Origin: Alphaproteobacteria bacterium
GTDB taxonomy: Bacteria; Pseudomonadota; Alphaproteobacteria; UBA828
Direction: 5' to 3'
DNA: 64,000 nt
Assembly: GCA_963422645.2 (NCBI GenBank)
Contig: CAXXVO010000007.1
Span: 544,001 to 608,000 of the forward strand
The notes under the pieces are model-generated. The model was not told where the DNA came from. It made no database searches and saw only the letters and a list, made by a program, of their open reading frames with translations. Below are positions 33,363 to 42,560 of the stretch, in pieces. Position 1 is the stretch's first letter; each line of letters opens with the position of its first letter. The position numbers and the translations under genes were made by a program.

Positions 33363-35120
33363 GTAACTGCCCAGGTCGTCTGATTTGTCATTTTGGGCCA
33401 GTGGATTGAGGCGTTTCTCGTTCGGAGTTGGTGGAAAGGGCTTGACGGGAATTTCGGGAAATGACTCAACAACGACATGAGCAATCCCGAGTCGCCGCGC
33501 GGCCCTTCGACGGGAGCAGCGCCCGAAACGCCCGCGCAGAAGATCGCCCGCCTGGAGGAGGAGAACGCCCGGCTTCGGGAGGAAAATGCCTGGCTTCGGC
33601 AGCAGAACGCGCGGCTGGAAGAGCAAGTCGCGCGTCTCGTCGAGCGCATCGAGGAGTTGGAGCGCCGTCTCGGCCTCAACAGCGGCAACAGCGTCAAGCC
33701 GCCTTCGAGCGATGGGCTGAGGAAGCCGAATTCGAAGCGGCGAACCCGAAGCCTGCGCGGCAAATCGGGCCGCAAGCCCGGTGGCCAGCCCGGCCACAAG
33801 GGCAAGACGCTGCGCCGCGCCGATCACCCGGATCGGGTGAAGGATCACGTCCCGGCTTCCTGCAAGGGATGCGGTTCGCCGCTTTCGGACGCGGCCAGGG
33901 CGGGAACGCCCGTCGCCCGCCAGGTGTTCGATCTGCCCGAGCCGAGCCCCCTGGAGGTGACCGAGCACCGGGCGCATGCCAAGTGCTGCGGGCATTGCGG
34001 GACGGTGACCCGGGCGGCGTTCCCCGACGGGGTGTCGGCGCCGGTGCAGTACGGCCCGCGCATTGCCGGGGTGGCGGTCTACCTTCAGCACGCTCACTTC
34101 CTGCCGGAGGATCGGCTGTCGCAGGTGATGGCCGAGCTCTTCGGCGCGCCGGTGACGGCTGCGACGTTGGCGACGATGAGCGAGAGGGCGGCCGAGCGGC
34201 TGCGGGACGCGGCCTTGCACATACAGGACCTGGCGGCGGGCACGGCGCGGGTGAAACACATGGACGAGACCGGCTTGCGGATCGGCGGTCAGACGCAGTG
34301 GCTTCATGTGATCTGCACGCCGCTGCTGGCGGCGTACCGGGTCAGCGGCAAGCGCGGCGCCCTGCTCTCGGGTGTCTCCGGCATCGTCGTGCACGATCAC
34401 TGGAAGCCGTACTTCGCGATGGAAGGGGTGGAGCACGGCCTGTGCAACGCCCATCACCTGCGGGAGTTGCAGGCGCTGGTGGACATCGAAGGGGAGGCTT
34501 GGGCCCGGCGGATGCAGCAGCTCCTGCGCCGAGCCAATCGCGCCGCCCGCATCGCGCTGGACAAGGATATCGCCGTTCCGGCGAGGCTTGTGGCGCTGAT
34601 CGAGCGCCGATACGACGAGATCATCGCCGATGCGCTGGCCTTTCACGAGAGCCAACCACCGTTCTCGCCTGGCAAGAGGAAGAAGCGCCGGAAGCGAAGG
34701 ATCGGTCACAATCTGGCCTTGAGGCTGCGCGACCACAAATGCGCGGTGCTCCGGTTCCTGATCGACCTCGAGGTCGGGTTCACGAACAACGAGGCCGAGC
34801 GCGACCTTCGGATGATGAAGCTGCGCCAGAAGATCTCCGGGGGCTTCCGGTCCGCGCAGGGGGCCGAGAACTTCGCCATCCTGCGCAGCGTCATCACCAC
34901 CGCCAGAAAGCAGGGCTGGAATATCATCGAAGCCCTGACCAGCCCATCGGATCGGCTCATCGCCACCGTCAAGTGCGCGTAAGCTCACCTGGCACGGGTT
35001 CTCCAACAGCGGAGCCATTCTCATAAACGATCATGGTCGACGCCGTGCTGGACCACCCCATAGAATGAAAATCGGTGCCCGTCGCGCGGGCGGACTTCGG
35101 GCCACATCGGGGTAGCTTAC
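33363..35120 (+). mobile_element. IS66-family element, single-ORF type; right end uncertain
   Basis: Left end GTAACTGCCCAGG; candidate right end GGGGTAGCTTAC at 35120; no TSD. Confidence 0.75.
33477..34982 (+). CDS. IS66 transposase
   Basis: GGQPGHKG, HMDETG, VHDHWKPY, LCNAHHLREL and FTNNEAERDLR. Confidence 0.95.
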   Translation: MSNPESPRGPSTGAAPETPAQKIARLEEENARLREENAWLRQQNARLEEQVARLVERIEELERRLGLNSGNSVKPPSSDGLRKPNSKRRTRSLRGKSGRKPGGQPGHKGKTLRRADHPDRVKDHVPASCKGCGSPLSDAARAGTPVARQVFDLPEPSPLEVTEHRAHAKCCGHCGTVTRAAFPDGVSAPVQYGPRIAGVAVYLQHAHFLPEDRLSQVMAELFGAPVTAATLATMSERAAERLRDAALHIQDLAAGTARVKHMDETGLRIGGQTQWLHVICTPLLAAYRVSGKRGALLSGVSGIVVHDHWKPYFAMEGVEHGLCNAHHLRELQALVDIEGEAWARRMQQLLRRANRAARIALDKDIAVPARLVALIERRYDEIIADALAFHESQPPFSPGKRKKRRKRRIGHNLALRLRDHKCAVLRFLIDLEVGFTNNEAERDLRMMKLRQKISGGFRSAQGAENFAILRSVITTARKQGWNIIEALTSPSDRLIATVKCA

Positions 35121-35481
35121 CGGTCGCAGTCCGCAAGAGGGGCATCGTGAGCTGTGAAACCCGGCGACCCCAGATGTCAACGCCGGATGAAGATTCGGCC
35201 AGAGGGCGGCGCAAAAGACTGCCACTCTGGGTGATGCGTCGTTGTGACGGTTTTTCGGCGGGCGCGGTCCGTGGAGCCATCCAGAGCTCAAGCGGTCCGC
35301 GCGCGCCGGCCGACCGGAGGGCGGCCTACTGGTTTCGGTTTGTCGAGGTTCAACTTTGCGCCGTCAACGGACACGCCTGATGGCGGGATGACGGTGAGTG
35401 CCCGAGCACCGTCACGGCAGGTGGCGGGGGCTGGGGCTGGGCGCCTTGGCCGATCGGTGTCGGTCGTCGGCGTGCCGGGGT

Positions 35482-36246
35482 TCAGCTTGCGGTCTTGTTC
35501 CTGCGTGCACGGCTCTGGCTGAGGCGGTAGCTGTCGCCGTTCATCTCGAGGATGTTGACGTGGTGGGTGAGACGATCGAGGAGCGCCCCGGTGAGGCGCT
35601 CGGAGCCAAAGGTCTCGGTCCATTCGTCGAAAGGGAGGTTGGAGGTGATCAGGGTGGCGCCCCGTTCGTAGCGCTGGGAGACCAGCTCGAACAGCAACTC
35701 GGCGCCTGTCTTCGATAGCGGGACGAAGCCGACCTCGTCGATGATCAACAGCTTGAGGCTTGCCAGCTGCTTCTGCAGCCGCAGCAGTCGTCGTTCGTCA
35801 CGCGCCTCCATGAGCTCATGCACCAGCGCCGCTGCGGTGATGAAGCGCACGCTCAGCCCCTTCTGGCAGGCGGCCAGTCCGAGCCCCAGGGCGACATGGC
35901 TCTTGCCGGTGCCCGATGGGCCGAGGGCGATGACGTTCTCGCGCCGCTCGATCCATTCGCAGCGCGCCAACTCCAGCACCCGCGGCTTGTTCAGCGCGGG
36001 CATGGCCTTGAAGTCGAAGCTGTCGAGGCTCTTGGTGACCGGGAACTTCGCCGCCTTGATGCGCCGCTCGACCATGCGCCGTTCGCGCTCGATCAACTCC
36101 AGCTCCGCCAGCCGGGCCAGGAACTGGATATGATCCAGGCCCTCGGCCGCGCACTGGTGCGCCACTTTCTCGTATTGGCGCAGGAAGGTCGGCAGCTTCA
36201 GGGCCTTGAGGCGGTGCGCCAGCAGGATGTGGGGCGTGTCCGTCAT
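35482..36246 (-). CDS. istB: IS21 helper ATPase
   Basis: GPSGTGKSH, IIDEVGF and LLDRLTHH. Confidence 0.93.
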   Translation of the reverse strand: MTDTPHILLAHRLKALKLPTFLRQYEKVAHQCAAEGLDHIQFLARLAELELIERERRMVERRIKAAKFPVTKSLDSFDFKAMPALNKPRVLELARCEWIERRENVIALGPSGTGKSHVALGLGLAACQKGLSVRFITAAALVHELMEARDERRLLRLQKQLASLKLLIIDEVGFVPLSKTGAELLFELVSQRYERGATLITSNLPFDEWTETFGSERLTGALLDRLTHHVNILEMNGDSYRLSQSRARRNKTAS

Positions 36247-36322
36247 GCCGCGTCCTCCGACAGCAGGCACATGTAGCTGGCCGCCGAGGTCCTGCCGACG
36301 GTAGCCTTCGGCAGATAGGGGT
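36243..36322 (-). pseudogene. istA: IS21-B istA, last codons
   Basis: (YP)YLPKATVGRTSAASYMCLLS continues LDLDVYPY from 57634. Confidence 0.8.
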
Positions 36323-36502
36323 GTAATGCTTCTGTTCTCAGGTGATGGATGGTGATTTCACCGATTGAGTGTCCGCTTCCAGTCTCGTCGGAGAGGCCGC
36401 AGCCAGATGTCCCTCCTGGGCTCGGCCCGCTTCATGTGCGTGTCGTAGCGCCCGCGCAAAAGCCTCTGGTAACGCCGCCGGTGATTCGATATCGTCTCGC
36501 CC

Positions 36503-38941
36503 ATGGCGATGCGAGACGAGGATTTCGGGACGGCGCTGACACCGACCGAGGGGGACGAGGCGATCTGGTCGCCCCCCATGTCGGCGCCGGCGAGCGAGCC
36601 GCGCGACTGGCAATCTCTGTGCGAACAGGCGCAGGCGCGGGCGGAAGCAGCGGAAGCGCGTGCGGAAGAGTTGCGCTGGGCGGAAGTCGCCGCCCGCAGC
36701 GATGCGGGTGCGTGGAAGTCGCGGTTCAAGGCCTGCCGGCAGAGGCTGAGCGAGGCCGAGGAAGAGACCGGGGACCTCCGCCGCGCGGCCAAGGACGTGC
36801 CGGCCTTGCAGGCCGAAGTGGCGCACTTGCAGGAGTTGCTCTCCGAAGCCCGCAGCGTATCGAGCGAGTTCGGCACGATCGAAGCGCTGCGCGACGAGGT
36901 TGCTCAGTTGCAAGAGGCCCTGGCGTCGAAAGCCCGGAAGGACGCGACGGGGCCACTGTCGAGGGAGAATGCCCGGCTCCGCAAGACCCTGGAGCGGTCG
37001 CAGGGACAGAAGGACGAGGTCGCGGCGTTGCGCGGAGAGGTCTCGGCGCGGCGCAAGTCGGAGCGGGCCGCGCAGACGGCGCTGTCGAAGGAGAGCATCC
37101 GGCTGGGCAAGGCGCTGGAACGGACGCAGAAGCAGAAGGACACGGTCAAGGCGCTGCGCGAGGAAGTCGATTCCCTGACCCGGGAGACCCGTCGGCAGAA
37201 CCGGGAGAACGGCCGGCTGCGCCGCGAGCTGGAGTGGTTGCAGGGCATCAGGGCGACGGCACGTGGGTTGTCCGACGAGGTCGAGCTGCTGCGCGCGGAA
37301 CTGGCGGAATACCACGACCAGACGAACTTCATCGATTGGCAGGACAGGCGCATCGTCGACTTGCAAATTGCCCTGGATACGTCGGCCTTCAAGACCGAGC
37401 GGCTGGAGGCCGAGCTTGCCGAACGTCCCCTGCTGCCTGCGGCCTTGAAGAGATTGCGCCAGCAGGAGAAGACCATCGAGTCCCTGCGGGCCCGGATCGA
37501 GACGCTGGAAGAGGAGCTGGCCAAGCTGCGCTCGAGCCGGGCCGTCCTGTCGAAGGCGCTCCACGGCAGGAAGAGCGAGCAGCAGCAGAAGCCCGGTACG
37601 GGGCGCAAGCGCGGCCAGCAACGCGGCGCGCCCGGCCACGGCCGCACCCCGCGGCCCAAGCTCCAGGAGAAGAAGGAACGGCGCAACCCGCCGAAGGATG
37701 CGCGCATCTGTTCCTGTTGCGGCAAGCCCTATGTCGCCAACGGCGAACGCTCCACGAGCCTGATCGAGATCGAGGTCAAGGCCCACATCCGCAGGATCGT
37801 GCGGCCGCGCTACCGCCGGGGCTGCGAGTGTGCGTCCTCGCCCCTGGAAGCGATTGCGCCGCCGGTGCCGCGGCTGTTCCCCGGAACGCTCTTCGGAACC
37901 AGCTTCTGGGCACGGTTCCTGTTCGAACACTGTGGGTGTCTGCGCCCGCTGTGCCGGGTCGCCGCGTGGTACGGGGACCAGGGGCTGCCGGTCTCGCCGG
38001 GTACGCTGGCCAACAGCCTGAAGCGCTTCGTGCCGCTGTTCGACCCGCTCTACGAGGCGATCCTCGCGCACCAGAACACCGCGGCGTTGCGCCATGCCGA
38101 CGAGACCGGCTGGCGGGTACAGGAGTTCCGCGACACCGGCCGTTCGAGCCGCGCCTGGCTGTGGGTCTCGGTCAGCAAGGATTCGGTCTACTACATCATC
38201 GACCCCTCGCGCAGCGCCGAGGTCGCAAGGACCCTGTTCCGCGACACCGCCTGTATCGTCTTCCTGGTCTGCGACCGCTACAGCGCATACAAAACGCTGG
38301 CGCGCGAACTCGCCGGCAAGGTGATCCTGTGCTGGTGCTGGGCACATCAGCGACGCGACTTCGTCGACTGCGCGACCGGGCAGGAGGCGCTGACCGAATG
38401 GTGCCAGGAATGGGTCGAGCGGATCGCGCTCGTCTACCACCTGAACGACGAACGGCTGAAGCATTACGACCCCGCTCTCGAACGCCAGACACGGGCCTTC
38501 GACGCGGCGCAGCGCAAGCTCGGAAGGGCGGTCAAGCGCCTGTTCGCGGACGCCGAGGCGGAACTGGCCGGCCTGCCGGACAAGGACCGTCGGGCAAAGC
38601 CCTTGCGCTCGCTGCTCAACCACCGCGAAGGGTTGTGCGTCTTCGTCGACAATCCCCAGGTTCCGATGGACAACAACGCCGGGGAGCGGGCGATCCGCGG
38701 GCCGGCCATCGGGCGCCGATTGAGCTTCGGTTCCAACAGCGAGGACGGCGCGAAGTTCACCGCGACCATGTACTCCGTCATCGGCACGCTCTCGATGAAC
38801 GGCATCGACGTGCCGCGCTGGCTGGAGGCATGGTTGAAGGCCTGCGCGGAGAATGGCGGCAAACCGCCCGACGACCTGTCCCCATGGCTGCCGTGGACGA
38901 TGAGCGAGGCGCGCAGGCGCAAGTTCACGGCGCAGGAATGA
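36503..38941 (+). CDS. IS66 transposase with long N-terminal coiled coil
   Basis: RGQQRGAPGHGR, CSCCG, HADETGW, CDRYSAY, CWAHQRRDF and MDNNAGERAIR. Confidence 0.92.
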   Translation: MAMRDEDFGTALTPTEGDEAIWSPPMSAPASEPRDWQSLCEQAQARAEAAEARAEELRWAEVAARSDAGAWKSRFKACRQRLSEAEEETGDLRRAAKDVPALQAEVAHLQELLSEARSVSSEFGTIEALRDEVAQLQEALASKARKDATGPLSRENARLRKTLERSQGQKDEVAALRGEVSARRKSERAAQTALSKESIRLGKALERTQKQKDTVKALREEVDSLTRETRRQNRENGRLRRELEWLQGIRATARGLSDEVELLRAELAEYHDQTNFIDWQDRRIVDLQIALDTSAFKTERLEAELAERPLLPAALKRLRQQEKTIESLRARIETLEEELAKLRSSRAVLSKALHGRKSEQQQKPGTGRKRGQQRGAPGHGRTPRPKLQEKKERRNPPKDARICSCCGKPYVANGERSTSLIEIEVKAHIRRIVRPRYRRGCECASSPLEAIAPPVPRLFPGTLFGTSFWARFLFEHCGCLRPLCRVAAWYGDQGLPVSPGTLANSLKRFVPLFDPLYEAILAHQNTAALRHADETGWRVQEFRDTGRSSRAWLWVSVSKDSVYYIIDPSRSAEVARTLFRDTACIVFLVCDRYSAYKTLARELAGKVILCWCWAHQRRDFVDCATGQEALTEWCQEWVERIALVYHLNDERLKHYDPALERQTRAFDAAQRKLGRAVKRLFADAEAELAGLPDKDRRAKPLRSLLNHREGLCVFVDNPQVPMDNNAGERAIRGPAIGRRLSFGSNSEDGAKFTATMYSVIGTLSMNGIDVPRWLEAWLKACAENGGKPPDDLSPWLPWTMSEARRRKFTAQE

Positions 38942-39392
38942 CCGGCGCCATCGAGTGCCGGTACTACGGGCGCGACTTCACCGCCGAGGAGATGGCGCTC
39001 CTGCGCGTGCTCATCGCCGCCGGCCCACCGCCCAACCGCCATGCCCTGTCGAGGGAGTTCTGCCGGCGCATCGGCTGGTTCAAGCCTGACGGCGGGCTCA
39101 AGGACATGATGGCCAGGGTGACGATGCTGGCCATGCACAAGGACGGCCTGATCGTCCTCCCGCCGCCGAAATGGCCGCGCCCGCCGCGCCCGCCGCGTCG
39201 GCCCATGGTCTTCGGACCCGACACCGAGCCGCCGGTGCATCCGGCGCCGACATCCCTCGACGCGGTTCGCCCGCTCGATCTGCGGCCTGCCGTCCGCTAC
39301 AGCCGCGAGGGCAAGCTGTGGAACGAGTTCGTCGCCCGCTACCACTATCTCGGCTACAAGACCCTGGTCGGCGCCCAGATGCGCTACGCCGT
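38938..39392 (+). pseudogene. DUF4338 (DruA-like) gene, part 1 of 3
   Basis: RYYGRDFT...LSREFC..GW..PDGGLKDM...LWNEFVARYHYLGY...GAQMRYAV. Confidence 0.85.
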
Positions 39393-39564
39393 TGTAGCCG
39401 GCCGAAAGTCTTTGCGAATCGCGGCCGGAAGTCTTTGCGAATGGCCTGGAAAATCGGCTGGTTTTCGGGGCTGAATCGGGCTGGAAAAACCGGCCTGTGC
39501 ATGGGCCGTGAAGGAGCGCTGCGCGGGGGGTTCAGGGCCCGTGCACGGGCGGTGCGTGAGGGTT

Positions 39565-40446
39565 TCAGGCGCGGTCGGGACCGGGGCGGGCGCCGGGGCG
39601 GCACGGGCGTTCGAGTTCGGCCTTCCACCATTCGGGGTCTTCGACGGCGCGTTCTGCGGCGTCGTATCCGTCGTGACCGGTCCATCTTCCGGGGTCGGCG
39701 TCGGCGTACCATCGGCCTGCGCCGCGGTGTCGTTCGAGGGCGTCGTCGATGCGGGCGATCCCGTCCGCCGGGCGTCCCCGGCAGAAGCGCTCGAAGAAGG
39801 CGTTGAGGCGGCATCGGGGGCAGCGTCCGCAGGGCTCTGCCGCGACGGTGCATCGCCAGGTGAGCGCCTCCAGCCCGGGCGGGAGCAGGGCCTGGAGCAT
39901 GAAGCGCCCGGCGACGGGTCCGAAGGGGTCGTCCCGCGACGGCGGCCACTGCGCGCCGTCCTCCCAGCCGGGGAAGAAGGGGAGTTCCATGGGGACGGCG
40001 GTGCGCGCGCGGTAGGCCGGATGCCAGTACATGCGGTGCATGTCGTCGGCGGTGTCCCACGAGGTGATGCCGAGCATCACCCGGTCGGCGCGGTGCCGTT
40101 CGGCCTCGTCGGCGTGGGTTGCGTACCGGTCGAGGCCCCAGGGACCGAAGGTGGGGTCGCAGACGCCCTCCCACCCTCTCCCGTCCCTGATCGGGTATCC
40201 GGCGCCGGCGTCGAGGTCGAGGCGCAGGGCGTCGCGCGACACGTGGCGCACGGGCCGGACGTTGCGGGAAAGCCAGTCTGCGACGGCCTCGCTTGCGGCC
40301 TGCCCGCGGGCGATGCGCTCCGGCAGCTCGCGGGCGGGTTCGCGGTAGCAGGAGAGGACGACCTCGTCTTCGGTCTCGCGCAGGACGAGGAGGGCGAGGG
40401 CGGTGCTGTCGATGCCGCCGCCTGCGGGGACGAGGGTGCGGCGCAT
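39565..40446 (-). CDS. QueC-like PP-loop ATP pyrophosphatase
   Basis: N-terminal GGGIDS PP-loop variant and C-terminal WRC-x6-CGRCPRC Zn motif. Confidence 0.7.
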   Translation of the reverse strand: MRRTLVPAGGGIDSTALALLVLRETEDEVVLSCYREPARELPERIARGQAASEAVADWLSRNVRPVRHVSRDALRLDLDAGAGYPIRDGRGWEGVCDPTFGPWGLDRYATHADEAERHRADRVMLGITSWDTADDMHRMYWHPAYRARTAVPMELPFFPGWEDGAQWPPSRDDPFGPVAGRFMLQALLPPGLEALTWRCTVAAEPCGRCPRCRLNAFFERFCRGRPADGIARIDDALERHRGAGRWYADADPGRWTGHDGYDAAERAVEDPEWWKAELERPCRPGARPGPDRA

Positions 40447-40451
40447 CGCGA

Positions 40452-41222
40452 TCAGCCCCACTCGATGACGATATAGCCGGCGGAGACCGGGGAGGGCACG
40501 GTGAGCTGGGTGTGGCGGCTGACGCCGCTTGCGCCGGCGGGGGCGGAGGAGGTTCCGTCTGCGCCGTCTGCGCCGTTGCGTCGGCCATACGCTCTCTTGC
40601 CGCCCTTGCCGCCGCGCGCCGTGCCGCCGAGGACGGCGGTGTTGCTGCCGTCGCCGCCGTCCCTCAATCGCGCTCCGTCCACGCCGTTGTCTCCCACGGT
40701 CAAGCTGTAGGAGGTGCCCGGCGAGACCGCGATCTCGAAGTAGATGAAGCCGCCTTCGCCGCCGTCGCCGCCCGTCCAGCTGATCGGCGCGGCGCCCCTG
40801 TTGTATTCGAAGCCGCTATCGCCGGCGCCGTCGCCGCCGTCGCCGCCCCGCAACTGCACGCGCACGCGGGTCACGCCCGCGGGCGCGCGCCAGTACCCGG
40901 AGCCGGGCGAGGTGAAGGTCTTGCGCCCGCGCGGCGTTGGCCGGGGCGCGGGCTCGGGCCCGGGACGCGGCGGCGCCGTGCGCTCGCTGAGGTTGGCCAG
41001 CCGCGTGCGCTCGGCGGCGGTGAATACCTCGCCCCGCATCTGGCGGAAGGGGTGCAGGCCGGAGCCGTCGAGGGTGGCGACGCCGTTCGGATCGCCGAAG
41101 GCGTCGATCATGGCGTTGATTGTGTCGGCCATGGCCTTGATGGCGGCGCGGGCGTGGGCGGGCGAATCGCTGCCCTGGTCGAGGTGGGTGGTGTCGATCT
41201 TCCGGGTGGGCCATGCGGTCAT
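40452..41222 (-). CDS. Phage tail-fibre-like glycine-rich protein, paralog 2
   Basis: NGVATLDGSG, FTSPG..PAGVTRVRV..GG, VSPGTSYSLTVG and GYIVIEW. Confidence 0.7.
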   Translation of the reverse strand: MTAWPTRKIDTTHLDQGSDSPAHARAAIKAMADTINAMIDAFGDPNGVATLDGSGLHPFRQMRGEVFTAAERTRLANLSERTAPPRPGPEPAPRPTPRGRKTFTSPGSGYWRAPAGVTRVRVQLRGGDGGDGAGDSGFEYNRGAAPISWTGGDGGEGGFIYFEIAVSPGTSYSLTVGDNGVDGARLRDGGDGSNTAVLGGTARGGKGGKRAYGRRNGADGADGTSSAPAGASGVSRHTQLTVPSPVSAGYIVIEWG

Positions 41223-41243
41223 GGGGTTTCCTTTCGTGATCGC

Positions 41244-41375
41244 TCAGCGCGGCGGAGCGGCGATCCGGGCGCGGTAGCAGGAGAGGACGACCTCGTCGTC
41301 GGTCTCGCGCAGGACGAGGAGGGCGAGGGCGGTGCTGTCGATGCCGCCGCCTGCGGGGACGAGGGTGCGGCGCAT
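41244..41375 (-). pseudogene. Chimeric junction ORF: first 35 codons of the QueC-like gene plus the tail of the upstream gene
   Basis: MRRTLVPAGGGIDS...SCYR then ARIAAPPR*, compared with ARAHIAAPAS* at 42170. Confidence 0.75.
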
Positions 41376-41380
41376 CGCGA

Positions 41381-42148
41381 TCAGCCCCACTCGACGACGA
41401 CATAGCCGGCGGAGACCGGGGAGGGCACGACGAGCTGGACCTGCTTGCTCGAGTTGCTCACACTCGACATGAAGGGGGCGTAGGAGTTTCCGTCTGCGCC
41501 GTCTGCGCCGTTGCGGTTGTATTGCGCTCTCTTGCCGCCCTTGCCGCCGTACGCCTTGCCGTAGAGGAAGGTGGTGTCGCCGCCGTCGGCGCCGTCCCTG
41601 CCGCGCGCTCCGTTCGCTCCGTTGCCTCCAACGATGACGGGGTAGGTCCCGCCCGCCCTGACCGCGATATCGAAGTAGATGAATCCGCCGCCGCCGCCCT
41701 CGCCGCCACGCCAGGTGGTGGTCCTCGAGTCGCCCCTGCCGCTGACGGTGCGGCTATAGTCGCTGCCGTCGCCGCCGCTGCCGCCCTGCAACTGCGTGCG
41801 CACGCGGGTCACGCCCGAGGGCACCTTGAAGTAGAATGTCCCGGGCGTGGTGAAGGTCTTCCGCCCGCGCGGCGTGGGCGTGGGCGCGGGACGCGGCGGC
41901 GGCGTGGTCTCGCTGAGGTTGGCCAGCCGCGTGCGCTCGGACGCGGTGAACACCTCGCCCCGCATCTGGCGGAAGGGGTGCTCGCCGCCGTCGTCGAGGG
42001 TGGCAACGCCGCCCGGATCGCCGGCGGCGTCGATCATGGCGTTCAGGGTGTCGGCCATGGCCTTGATGGCGGCCCGGGCGTGGGCGGGCGAATCGCTGTC
42101 CTGGTCGAGGTGGGTGGTGTCGATCTTCCGGGTGGGCCATGCGGTCAT
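41381..42148 (-). CDS. Phage tail-fibre-like glycine-rich protein, paralog 1
   Basis: First ~80 aa near-identical to 40452..41222; Gly-rich C-terminal domain diverged. Confidence 0.7.
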   Translation of the reverse strand: MTAWPTRKIDTTHLDQDSDSPAHARAAIKAMADTLNAMIDAAGDPGGVATLDDGGEHPFRQMRGEVFTASERTRLANLSETTPPPRPAPTPTPRGRKTFTTPGTFYFKVPSGVTRVRTQLQGGSGGDGSDYSRTVSGRGDSRTTTWRGGEGGGGGFIYFDIAVRAGGTYPVIVGGNGANGARGRDGADGGDTTFLYGKAYGGKGGKRAQYNRNGADGADGNSYAPFMSSVSNSSKQVQLVVPSPVSAGYVVVEWG

Positions 42149-42169
42149 GGGGTTTCCTTTCGCGCCCAC

Positions 42170-42441
42170 TCAGCTCGCCGGCGCGGCGATATGGGCGCGG
42201 GCGAGGCCGAAGCAGAGGTACTTGACGGTGGGAATCTGCCCCCGTTCCCAGGTCCAGGTCCACTCGACCTGGACCACGCGACCGGTAATCGCGTCCCCGG
42301 CGGCGTAGCCGGTCCAGGCGGCGTCGTCGAGGTCGTCGCGGTAGTCGGCGGCGCGCACGCGCACCGTCGGCTGGACAGGGGAATCGGACTCCCAGGTCAG
42401 TAGCGAGACGACGCCGTCCTGGCCGAGGGCCGCCGGCATGG
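42170..42441 (-). pseudogene. 3' fragment of a probable phage tail gene cut by IS21-A
   Basis: Open frame from the IS boundary; AAWTGYAAGDAITGRVVQVEW. Confidence 0.5.
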
Positions 42442-42560
42442 TGTTGTTAAGCGTGGAAAAGTGACCCCCTATTGGGGGTGATCGGCGTCCAAAATTGACC
42501 CCCTTGGATTTGTGTCCATGAACACACCTCGTCGTTTGGACGGACGGGGTGGTGGGGGAG

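Noticed and set aside
39393-39450. CRISPR array or CAST
   Set aside because: The repeats are two short transposon-end sites per end. There is no repeat-spacer array, cas gene or tniQ in the window.
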